Source: Ranitomeya imitator (taxonomy: Eukaryota). From it: a stretch of 64,000 nt of DNA. The DNA is taken from assembly GCF_032444005.1 (NCBI RefSeq), contig NC_091287.1, positions 533,634,001 to 533,698,000 of the forward strand, read 5' to 3'. Shown piece by piece: positions 13,122 through 22,371 of this stretch. The notes beneath the pieces were generated by a model, which had not been told where the DNA came from, did not search any database, and was given only the letters and a program-made list of their open reading frames with translations. The translations under genes were made by a program, and so were the position numbers. How positions within the stretch are numbered: position 1 is the first letter of the stretch; each line of letters begins with the position of its first letter.

Positions 13122-13602
13122 CTAAGGGAGTATTATTTGGATATTGAATATTATTTTGTCACTATATGATGGTATCATGTAGGATAACTTTTGTTTGAAA
13201 AAATAGTGTGTCGTTGAGAGCAACCTTGTTATCCAGGCCCCATTTCCTGTAATGCATAGTGCACTGATACATTGTGATGACTGTTATGTTATGCTTTGTT
13301 TATTGGCCACAGCGGGATAGGATTTATCAAGTGTGGTGCCTATGTAGTAGCTCAGGGTTTCTGCATCCTTACAATTGTGGAAGGATTTTCACCCATGCAG
13401 GGAGACTACTACCAGTCTGGTTGGTCACCTCTTCAATATTTGTGTTCTTAGAAACAATCACACTGATCAATGAGTGGCTCTTGCGTTGTATTCAATAAAT
13501 TAACCACTTCATTACCAAGGGGAATTTATTACTCAGTTTCGCTCTGTAAACAGAGGTCATAGAATGGCAGTAGATGGTCTTGTTTATATCTTGGGTTTTA
13601 AG

Positions 13603-13673
13603 GAAGCGCAGAGACTGTGCGAGATGTCATACCATTTAAGGGACCACTTCAAGGATGAAACAGTGCAGAGACG
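13603..13673 (+). CDS. Candidate host exon (EAQRLCEMSYHLRDHFKDETVQR), unidentified
   Basis: TTTTAAG acceptor and strong ACG|GTAAGC donor; only one frame is open; phase-compatible with 14028-14089. Confidence 0.35.
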
Positions 13674-14027
13674 GTAAGCTCCTCCGATCTCTTCGTCAAG
13701 TGTTCTCGTCAGCGTAATGCACTCCAGCAAATACAGAAAAGGCTGCCAAGAACACTTCAGCTTCCTCTGGTAGCTACTGATTGTACCCTTGTGCCTCCGC
13801 CGGGTCTTTTAAGAGCACTAAAAATAATAATTTGTAAATAAGTGTCGCTTGTAGGATGATGATGATGATGCAATAGGGTCACTTTAAAGTAAAAACACCG
13901 AGCACCTGGTAATGAATGTGAAGCAGCAATAGAGAACATTTGTAGTCAGTGAAGTATTCTGGATGAATAATTTAGCATTTTTATTTTTATTACATTAATT
14001 TGGGCTAAATAAATTTTCCTCTTTCAG

Positions 14028-14089
14028 ATTTTTCTTAAAGGAACAGTCCCCTATTAGGGCATATGAATGTCTCAAATGGAAAGTTCTCC
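14028..14089 (+). CDS. Candidate host exon (FFLKEQSPIRAYECLKWKVL), unidentified
   Basis: Very strong acceptor TTTTCCTCTTTCAG and moderate donor CC|GTAAAG; continues the frame of 13603-13673. Confidence 0.35.
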
Positions 14090-14113
14090 GTAAAGAATAT
14101 AGATGTCCTAGAG

Positions 14114-14298
14114 CAATGTTCCCCAACTCCGATCCTCAAGAGCCACCAACATGTCATGTTTTCAGGATTTCCTTAGTACTGCCAGGTGATGATTGTATCA
14201 CCTGGACAGTCAAGAATGCCATCACCTGGGCAATACTAAGGAAACCCTGAAAACATGACCTGTTGGTGGCTCTTGAGGACTGGAGTTGAGGAACACTG
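14114..14298. mobile_element. hAT-type MITE (185 bp)
   Basis: TIRs CAATGTTCCCCAACTCC / GGAGTTGAGGAACACTG. 8-bp TSD TCCTAGAG / TCCTAGAA (7 of 8 match, CTAG core). Almost fully palindromic. Confidence 0.85.
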
Positions 14299-14826
14299 TC
14301 CTAGAAGAACTTTTCACTATTAGTCATGTAGATGTCACAGAGGCTAAAAAGGTGACTCTTGCTGTAATGTTAAAGGGGTTGCCCACTATTGGGCAAAGCC
14401 TTCGGGTATAGCCCCAAACTGCATCATGAAATAAAAAAAGGCTATTTTTACCACCAGGGCTGGTGCCACTCTTCCTTCCTCAGAGCTGTGGTCATCGACT
14501 GACTTTAAATTTGTCTGCACTACCACTTCCCTCCAGAAATAAGGGCTGATCCAGAAAAACCACATGGGGCTTATGCTTGGCAGACCTTTAAAAAAATTAA
14601 GCAAAGGAGTCCTCAATTTTAAATCACACACATAATGTGGTAATGGGAGGACATTCCCCCCCGCTCAACAAATGGCCGCCTGAGTCCAAGTTCAAAGGGG
14701 GACAGTCTTTTTAGGAGAATTATATGAACCCAGAAAGTCTTTGCATGGCAAATGTGGCATCTATAAATAATCTGGATGAATCTGACCAGTAGGGTGCATG
14801 CACAAAACATCAGCGTCTGTGTGCAG

Positions 14827-14926
14827 GCGGCGAGATGACGTTAACGGACCACTCTGCCTTCGCTGGGATGCTGGCTATGCAGTGCTGTCTAGAATGGAGT
14901 ATTCCCTGTGAGGTCTGGTATGCTGG
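14827..14926 (+). CDS. Candidate host exon (GEMTLTDHSAFAGMLAMQCCLEWSIPCEVWYAG), unidentified
   Basis: Weak acceptor (TGTGTGCAG) and good donor TGG|GTAAGA. The single open frame is phase-compatible with 14028-14089. Confidence 0.28.
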
Positions 14927-16194
14927 GTAAGAGGCAGGAAGCAGCAGCACACATGTATACTAGTAAACCGTGAGGAGTGATTGTGACGACACAGCATTTA
15001 ATCTTAATTATCCAGACGTCTATTTTCAGTTCGTTAAGAACCATAGACTGCTGCCATATGAATCTTAACCCTGCTGTTCTGTTGGTCAAAAATGACCGAC
15101 TTTGAACTTCAATATTCTTTAAAATATTCAAGATGCGGCTCTGAAACCCGTGGCCGACCGACCCATCCTCATTTAAGTCAATCAACCACAAGTTTCAGAA
15201 CCGCATCTTGAACACCCCAAAAAATACCAAAGTTCAAAATAGGTCTCCCCAGACCGAACAGAACAGCAGGGTTAAACAGTGATTTTTTTTTATGTTTGAA
15301 TGGCTGTTGTTTGCCTCTTATATCAGCTCCTATAGCTTAATGTCTGCTATCTTTGCAAGACAGTGACGCAGGGTCATTGAACAATGAATGTTTAATAATA
15401 AGTTGACTGACCATTGTCTGGGACCCCGAGGCTTGTTGACTTGCAAAACAGAGGAGTAAAAACTATGCAAATTGATTAAATACTCAAACAATGCGAGGTA
15501 AACTCATCACATCTTTCTCTTGACCTCCGGATGATGGCTTGAAGGACAATAGTTGGGAACTATATAATGGGGATATGCTTCTGTAACAAGAGATCCAGAA
15601 AACCAGAAACTCTTTTTAAAACACAGCAAGGGACACTCTACAGGATAGCTGCCAGAACATCTCGGCTCCATCACAAAGGACACAGATTTGACATACTATA
15701 GGATACCAGCTTAGGGAACAACGGTCCCAGCTGATAGAATACAGTTCTTCTCCATTGACCTTCACTGATCCCATGGATACAGTTGCGGGAGACAGGATTG
15801 AGACCCACCGGTCACCTGGCTCCATGGAGATGTCCGGAGAAGCCAGGTTGTGACCCTCTAGTCACTTGGCCACATACCTAAATGGACTGTCAGCTTCCTA
15901 AGTATGGGATAATCCCTGGTCCATGCGGTCTCGAGCCAGCGGACTGGAGCACCCGCTGACCCCTGTATCTCCAAAGTGATATACTGAAAGATGGAGCTGT
16001 ATATAGAGGGGGTGAAAAAAGTGATGCACTGCCGAACACGTAACAGGTTGTATATAGAGAGGAATGAATAAAGTAATATACTATACTGCAAGAGGGGGCT
16101 GTACATAGAGGATGCTGTGAGGAGTGATGTACTGCAGAAGGAGGCTGTATATGGAGGAGACTGAGAGAAGTAATATACTGCAGGAAGGGACTGT

Positions 16195-16944
16195 TGTTGT
16201 GAATTCTGTGGCTGAGTTCACTTCTGTGGTCACAAGTGGTATTGCAGTCTCTGGGCTTCCTCCCTCAGGTGTTTTGGTGAGCTCGTTGGCTGCCTTGCTA
16301 TTTAGCTCCACCTGAGTCTGTCTTCCTTGCTCCTTGTCAATGTTCCAGTGTTGGATCTGAGCTACTGCATCTTTCCTTGGGCCTGCTGCTCTGCTAGATA
16401 AGTGCTTCTAGTTTGTTTTCTGTTTTTTCTGTCCAGCTTGCTATTAACTTTTGCTGGAAGCTCTGAGAAGCAAAGGGGTGCACCGCCGTGCTGTTAGTTC
16501 GGCACGGTGGGTCTTTTTTCCCCTTTGCGTGGTTTTCGTTTTAGGGTTTTTTGTAGACTGCATAGTTCTCTTAGCTATCCTCGCTCTGTCTAGAATATCG
16601 GGCCTCACTTTGCTGAATCTATTTCATTCCTACGTTTGTCTTTTCATCTTGCTAACAGTCATTATATGTGGGGGGCTGCCTATTCCTTTGGGGTATTTCT
16701 CTGAGGTAAGTCAGGCTTGTATTTCTATCTTCAGGCTAGTCAGCTCCTCAGGCAGTGCCGAGTTGCATAGGTAGTTGTTAGGCGCAATCCACTGCTGCTT
16801 TATAGTTGTGTGAGGATAGATCAGGTACTGCAGTCTACAGAGATTCCACGTCTCAGAGCTTGTCCTATTGTTTTTGGTTATTGCCAGAGCTCTGTATGTG
16901 CGCTGATTACTGCACGCTGTGTTGCCTGATTGCCAGCCATAACA
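16195..16944 (+). repeat. 5' LTR
   Basis: TGTTGTGAATTC...CCATAACA, repeated at 21137-21885. Confidence 0.95.
16299..16304 (+). promoter_or_regulatory. TATA-like box (TATTTA) in the LTR
   Basis: CTATTTA is also conserved in the diverged LTR at 34615-35429 (TAAATAG on the plus strand near 35273-35279). It lies 30 nt upstream of the putative self-primer. Confidence 0.5.
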
Positions 16945-16946
16945 GT

Positions 16947-16955
16947 ACAAGGAGC
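16947..16955 (+). promoter_or_regulatory. Putative self-priming primer-binding site (ACAAGGAGC)
   Basis: Lies 2 nt after the LTR end. Exact reverse complement of GCTCCTTGT at 16329-16337. Lacks the TGG start of a tRNA primer-binding site. Confidence 0.65.
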
Positions 16956-17075
16956 CCTTCAATGATTTCCAATAGAGGGAAAAAAGAAATCCTGACATCA
17001 TTTTTTTTTCTTAGCTCTGTCTTCAGTCTTTTTTTTCCCCTAGACATTAGAGTGCTTCAGGACACAGCTGTGGAC

Positions 17076-20000
17076 ATGGATATTCAGGCTCTGTGCTCCT
17101 CAATGGATAATCTCGTTGTAAATGTACAAAAGATTCAAGATACTATTGATCAGAAATCGATGCTAGAACCAAGAATTCCGATTCCTGATTTGTTTTTTGG
17201 TGACAGAACTAAGTTCCTGAGCTTCAGAAATAATTGTAAGCTATTTTTGGCCTTGAAACCTCATTCTTCTGGTAATCCTATTCAACAGGTTTTGATTATT
17301 ATTTCTTTTTTGCGCGGCGACCCACAGGACTGGGCGTTTTCTCTTGCACCAGGAGATTCTGCATTGAGTAATGTTGATGCATTTTTCCAGGCGCTGGGAT
17401 TGCTTTACGATGAGCCTAATTCAGTGGATCAAGCTGAGAAAAATCTGCTGGCTTTATGCCAGGGTCAGGATGATGTAGAAGTATATTGTCAGAAATTTAG
17501 GAAATGGTCAGTACTCACTCTGTGGAATGAATCTGCACTAGCGGCTTTGTTCAGAAAGGGTCTCTCTGAAGCTCTTAAGGATGTAATGGTGGGATTTCCT
17601 ATGCCTGCTGGTTTGAATGAGTCTATGTCCTTGGCCATTCAGATCGGTCGTCGCTTGCGCGAGCGTAAATCTGTGCACCATCTGGCGGTATTGTCTGAGA
17701 GTAAGCCTGAGCCTATGCAGTGCGACAGGACTATGACTAAAGTAGAACGGCACGAACACAGACGTCTGAACAGACTGTGTTTCTATTGTGGTGATTCTAC
17801 TCATGCTATTTCTAATTGTCCTAAACGCACTAGGCGGTTTGATAGCTCTGCCGTTATTGGTACTGTACAGTCCAAATTCCTTTTGTCCATTACCTTAATG
17901 TGCTCTTTGTCATCATATTCTGTCATGGCGTTTGTGGATTCAGGCGCTGCCCTGAATCTGATGGATTTGGATTATGCTAAACGTTGTGGATTTTTCTTGG
18001 AGCCTTTGCGGTGTCCTATTCCGTTGAGAGGAATTGATGCTACACCTTTGGCCAAGAATAAGCCTCAGTACTGGGCCCAGCTGACCATGTGCATGGCTCC
18101 TGCACATCAGGAAGTTATTCGCTTTTTGGTACTGCATAATTTGCATGATGTGGTCGTGTTGGGGTTGCCATGGCTACAAACCCATAATCCAGTATTGGAT
18201 TGGAACTCTATGTCGGTAACCAGCTGGGGTTGTCAGGGAGTACATGGTGATGTTCCATTTTTGTCTATTTCGTCATCCATTCCTTCTGACATCCCAGAGT
18301 TCTTGTCGGACTTTCAGGATGTATTTGAAGAGTCCAAGTCTGATGCCCTACCTCCGCATAGGAATTGTGATTGTGCTATCGATTTGATTCCTGGTAGTAA
18401 ATTCCCTAAGGGTCGTTTATTTAATTTGTCCGTACCTGAACACACCGCTATGCGCAGTTATGTGAAGGAGTCCCTGGAGAAGGGACATGTTCGCCCATCG
18501 TCGTCACCATTGGGAGCAGGGTTCTTTTTTGTAGCCAAGAAGGATGGTTCGCTAAGACCGTGTATTGATTACCGCCTTCTTAATAAGATCACTGTTAAGT
18601 TTCAGTATCCCTTGCCATTGATTTCTGACTTGTTTGCTCGGATTAAGGGGGCTAGTTGGTTTACTAAGATTGATCTTCGTGGTGCGTATAATCTGGTGAG
18701 AATCAGGCAGGGAGATGAATGGAAAACGGCATTTAATACGCCCGAGGGTCATTTTGAATATCTGGTGATGCCGTTCGGACTTGCCAATGCTCCATCTGTT
18801 TTTCAGTCTTTTATGCATGACATTTTCCGTGAGTATCTGGATAAATTCTTGATTGTTTACTTGGATGACATTTTGATCTTCTCAGATGATTGGGAGTCTC
18901 ATGTGAAGCAAGTCAGAATGGTTTTCCAGGTACTGCGTGCTAATTTCTTGTTCGTGAAGGGATCAAAGTGTCTCTTCGGTGTGCAGAAAGTTTCATTTTT
19001 GGGGTTCATCTTTTCCCCTTCTACTATCGAGATGGATCCGGTTAAGGTTCAGGCCATCCAGGATTGGACTCAGCCGACATCTCTAAAAAGTTTGCAGAAA
19101 TTCCTGGGCTTTGCTAATTTTTATCGTCGCTTCATCTGTAATTTTTCTAGCATTGCCAGACCATTGACCGATTTGACCAAGAAGGGTGCTGATTTGGTTA
19201 ATTGGTCTTCTGCTGCCGTGGAAGCTTTTCAGGAGTTGAAGCGTCGTTTTTGCTGTGCCCCTGTGTTGTGTCAACCTGATGTTTCTCTTCCGTTCCAGGT
19301 CGAGGTTGATGCTTCTGAGATTGGTGCAGGGGCGGTTTTGTCACAGAGAGGTTCTGGTTGCTCAGTGTTCAAACCATGTGCTTTCTTTTCCAGGAAATTT
19401 TCTGCTGCTGAGCGTAATTATGATGTGGGCAACCGAGAGTTGCTGGCCATGAAGTGGGCATTCGAGGAGTGGCGTCATTGGCTTGAGGGTGCTAAGCATC
19501 GCGTGGTGGTTTTGACTGATCATAAGAACCTTACTTATCTTGAGTCTGCCAAGCGCTTGAATCCTAGACAGGCCCGTTGGTCGTTATTTTTTGCTCGTTT
19601 TGATTTTGTGATTTCATACCTTCCGGGCTCTAAAAATGTGAAGGCGGATGCTCTGTCTAGGAGTTTTGTGCCCGACTCTCCGGGGTTATCTGAGCCGGCG
19701 AGTATCCTCAAGGAAGGAGTCATTGTGTCTGCCATCTCCCCTGATTTGCGGAGAGTGTTGCAGAAATTTCAGGCTAATAAACCTGATCGTTGTCCGGCCG
19801 AGAAACTGTTCGTCCCTGATAGGTGGACTAGTAAAGTTATCTCTGAACTTCATTGTTCGGTGCTGGCCGGTCATCCAGGAATCTTTGGTACCAGGGAGTT
19901 GGTTGCTAGATCCTTCTGGTGGCCATCTCTGTCACGGGATGTGCGTGCTTTTGTGCAGTCCTGTGGAATTTGTGCTAGGGCTAAGCCCTGCTGTTCACGT

Positions 20001-21257
20001 GCCAGTGGGTTGCTTTTGCCCTTGCCGGTCCCGAAGAGGCCTTGGACACATATTTCGATGGATTTCATTTCTGACCTTCCCGTTTCTCAAAAAATGTCGG
20101 TCATTTGGGTGGTCTGTGATCGCTTTTCTAAAATGGTCCATCTGGAGCCCTTGGTTAAATTGCCTTCCTCCTCTGATTTGGTGCCTTTGTTCTTCCAGCA
20201 TGTGGTTCGTTTACATGGCATTCCTGAGAATATTGTTTCTGACAGAGGTTCCCAGTTTGTCTCGAGGTTCTGGCGAGCCTTTTGTGGTAGGATGGGCATT
20301 GACCTATCTTTTTCCTCGGCCTTCCATCCTCAGACTAATGGCCAGACCGAACGAACCAATCAGACCTTGGAAACATATCTGAGATGTTTTGTTTCCGCTG
20401 ACCAGGATGATTGGGTGTCATTTTTGCCGTTGGCTGAGTTCGCCCTTAATAATCGGGCCAGCTCGGCTACCTTGGTCTCTCCATTTTTCTGCAATTCTGG
20501 GTTCCATCCTCGTTTCTCTTCAGGACAGGTTGAGTCTTCGGACTGTCCTGGTGTGGATTATGTGGTGGACAGGTTGCAGCAGATCTGGACTCAGGTAGTG
20601 GACAATTTGACCTTGTCCCAGGAGAAGGCTCAGCTTTTCGCTAATCGCAGACGCCGTGTGGGACCCCGACTTCGTGTTGGGGATCTGGTTTGGTTATCTT
20701 CTCGTCATATACCTATGAAGGTTTCCTCTCCTAAATTTAAACCTCGTTTTATTGGTCCGTATAGGATTTCTGAGATTCTCAATCCGGTGTCTTTTCGTCT
20801 GACCCTCCCAGACTCCTTTTCCATACATAATGTATTCCATAGGTCGTTGTTGAGGAGATACGTGGCACCTATGGTTCCATCTGTGGAGCCTCCTGCCCCT
20901 GTTTTGGTGGAGGGGGAATTGGAGTATATTGTGGAGAAGATTTTGGATTCTCGTGTCTCTAGACGGAAACTCCAGTATCTGGTCAAATGGAAGGGTTATG
21001 CTCAGGAAGATAATTCCTGGGTTTTTGCCTCTGATGTCCATGCCCCAGATCTTGTTCGTGCCTTTCATGTGGCTCATCCTGGTCGGCCTGGGGGTTCTGG
21101 TGAGGGTTCGGTGACCCCTCCTCAAGGGGGGGGTACTGTTGTGAATTCTGTGGCTGAGTTCACTTCTGTGGTCACAAGTGGTATTGCAGTCTCTGGGCTT
21201 CCTCCCTCAGGTGTTTTGGTGAGCTCGTTGGCTGCCTTGCTATTTAGCTCCACCTGA
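17076..21257 (+). CDS. Gag-Pol polyprotein: capsid, CCHC knuckle, protease, RT, RNase H, integrase, chromodomain
   Basis: Motifs in order: IPIPDLFFGD (gag), CFYCGDSTHAISNC, FVDSGA, YLDDILIFS, DASEIGAGAVL, HCSVLAGHPG..CGIC, GPYRI, EYIVEKILDSR..YLVKWKGY..NSW. No stop or frameshift. In-frame ATGs also occur at 16896 and 16962. The stop lies 120 nt inside the 3' LTR. Confidence 0.95.
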   Translation: MDIQALCSSMDNLVVNVQKIQDTIDQKSMLEPRIPIPDLFFGDRTKFLSFRNNCKLFLALKPHSSGNPIQQVLIIISFLRGDPQDWAFSLAPGDSALSNVDAFFQALGLLYDEPNSVDQAEKNLLALCQGQDDVEVYCQKFRKWSVLTLWNESALAALFRKGLSEALKDVMVGFPMPAGLNESMSLAIQIGRRLRERKSVHHLAVLSESKPEPMQCDRTMTKVERHEHRRLNRLCFYCGDSTHAISNCPKRTRRFDSSAVIGTVQSKFLLSITLMCSLSSYSVMAFVDSGAALNLMDLDYAKRCGFFLEPLRCPIPLRGIDATPLAKNKPQYWAQLTMCMAPAHQEVIRFLVLHNLHDVVVLGLPWLQTHNPVLDWNSMSVTSWGCQGVHGDVPFLSISSSIPSDIPEFLSDFQDVFEESKSDALPPHRNCDCAIDLIPGSKFPKGRLFNLSVPEHTAMRSYVKESLEKGHVRPSSSPLGAGFFFVAKKDGSLRPCIDYRLLNKITVKFQYPLPLISDLFARIKGASWFTKIDLRGAYNLVRIRQGDEWKTAFNTPEGHFEYLVMPFGLANAPSVFQSFMHDIFREYLDKFLIVYLDDILIFSDDWESHVKQVRMVFQVLRANFLFVKGSKCLFGVQKVSFLGFIFSPSTIEMDPVKVQAIQDWTQPTSLKSLQKFLGFANFYRRFICNFSSIARPLTDLTKKGADLVNWSSAAVEAFQELKRRFCCAPVLCQPDVSLPFQVEVDASEIGAGAVLSQRGSGCSVFKPCAFFSRKFSAAERNYDVGNRELLAMKWAFEEWRHWLEGAKHRVVVLTDHKNLTYLESAKRLNPRQARWSLFFARFDFVISYLPGSKNVKADALSRSFVPDSPGLSEPASILKEGVIVSAISPDLRRVLQKFQANKPDRCPAEKLFVPDRWTSKVISELHCSVLAGHPGIFGTRELVARSFWWPSLSRDVRAFVQSCGICARAKPCCSRASGLLLPLPVPKRPWTHISMDFISDLPVSQKMSVIWVVCDRFSKMVHLEPLVKLPSSSDLVPLFFQHVVRLHGIPENIVSDRGSQFVSRFWRAFCGRMGIDLSFSSAFHPQTNGQTERTNQTLETYLRCFVSADQDDWVSFLPLAEFALNNRASSATLVSPFFCNSGFHPRFSSGQVESSDCPGVDYVVDRLQQIWTQVVDNLTLSQEKAQLFANRRRRVGPRLRVGDLVWLSSRHIPMKVSSPKFKPRFIGPYRISEILNPVSFRLTLPDSFSIHNVFHRSLLRRYVAPMVPSVEPPAPVLVEGELEYIVEKILDSRVSRRKLQYLVKWKGYAQEDNSWVFASDVHAPDLVRAFHVAHPGRPGGSGEGSVTPPQGGGTVVNSVAEFTSVVTSGIAVSGLPPSGVLVSSLAALLFSST
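21124..21133 (+). promoter_or_regulatory. Polypurine tract
   Basis: AAGGGGGGGG, followed by TAC and then the TG start of the 3' LTR. Confidence 0.85.
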
Positions 21258-21885
21258 GTCTGTCTTCCTTGCTCCTTGTCAATGTTCCAGTGTTGGATCT
21301 GAGCTACTGCATCTTTCCTTGGGCCTGCTGCTCTGCTAGATAAGTGCTTCTAGTTTGTTTTCTGTTTTTTCTGTCCAGCTTGCTATTAACTTTTGCTGGA
21401 AGCTCTGAGAAGCAAAGGGGTGCACCGCCGTGCTGTTAGTTCGGCACGGTGGGTCTTTTTGCCCCTTTGCGTGGTTTTCGTTTTAGGGTTTTTTGTAGAC
21501 TGCATAGTTCTCTTTGCTATCCTCGCTCTGTCTAGAATATCGGGCCTCACTTTGCTGAATCTATTTCATTCCTACGTTTGTCTTTTCATCTTGCTAACAG
21601 TCATTATATGTGGGGGGCTGCCTATTCCTTTGGGGTATTTCTCTGAGGTAAGTCAGGCTTGTATTTCTATCTTCAGGCTAGTCAGCTCCTCAGGCAGTGC
21701 CGAGTTGCATAGGTAGTTGATAGGCGCAATCCACTGCTGCTTACAGTTGTGTGAGGATAGATCAGGTACTGCAGTCTACAGAGATTCCACGTCTCAGAGC
21801 TCGTCCTATTGTTTTTGGTTATTGCCAGATCTCTGTATGTGCGCTGATTACTGCACGCTGTGTTGCCTGATTGCCAGCCATAACA
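21137..21885 (+). repeat. 3' LTR
   Basis: Near-identical to 16195-16944. Confidence 0.95.
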
Positions 21886-22371
21886 GACTGTGTCACGAGT
21901 CGGTCACATCCTCCTGGGAGATCTGGGGTTAGAAATACGTTACGTATTGTGAATTGCAGGTCTTTCATTTAGTCTGTGAGTTTGTGTTTCATATCAAATA
22001 GATTTTGTTTTCTTTGGGGCTGAAAAAGTTAATTACCCTTTCTATACTGGTTAGAAATTTGCAGCTCCATCTGACAGTTGTTCCTGACCTGGTCATTTCC
22101 TCTCTCTATAAAATCTGGCCAGACCTTCTCTTCCTTTCCAGTGAAAGTTCTATTTCCTATTTCCTTGAAGTAGCTGTGCTGCATTGGAGATCATTGTTGC
22201 TGCTGGAGATTGTAGCAGGCTGTTTTTGGGTGTATGCTTTCCTCATTGTCCTGTTCCCATTTGGTTTGTACATTCCAACTCTTCCCTATATACCTCTCTT
22301 TCTTAGGTTGAATGTTCTGTATGTTATTTGCTTGTTGTTATCCCTGTTTGTCTTACATGTTGATACACAAG

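Larger units (their letters stand above)
16195..21885 (+). mobile_element. Full-length Ty3/Gypsy chromovirus LTR retrotransposon (Tf1/sushi type)
   Basis: Two TG...CA LTRs (750 and 749 bp, about 7 differences seen by eye), an uninterrupted gag-pol ORF, a polypurine tract (PPT) before the 3' LTR, and an identical GACTGT on both flanks. Confidence 0.97.

Noticed and set aside
16451-16774. Hydrophobic 107-aa LTR ORF (also 21393-21716) as an env-like or accessory membrane protein
   Set aside because: It has a non-ATG start, its hydrophobicity follows from T-rich composition, and its duplication only reflects LTR identity. Conservation in the diverged LTR was not established.
16945-16965. tRNA primer-binding site after the 5' LTR
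   Set aside because: The sequence begins GTACAAGG rather than TGG, so it cannot pair with a mature tRNA CCA end.
17538-21125. Alternative-frame and antisense ORFs inside the Gypsy copies and the CR1 (e.g. 19648-20382, 49351-49794)
   Set aside because: They are shadows of the main coding frames with no recognisable motifs.
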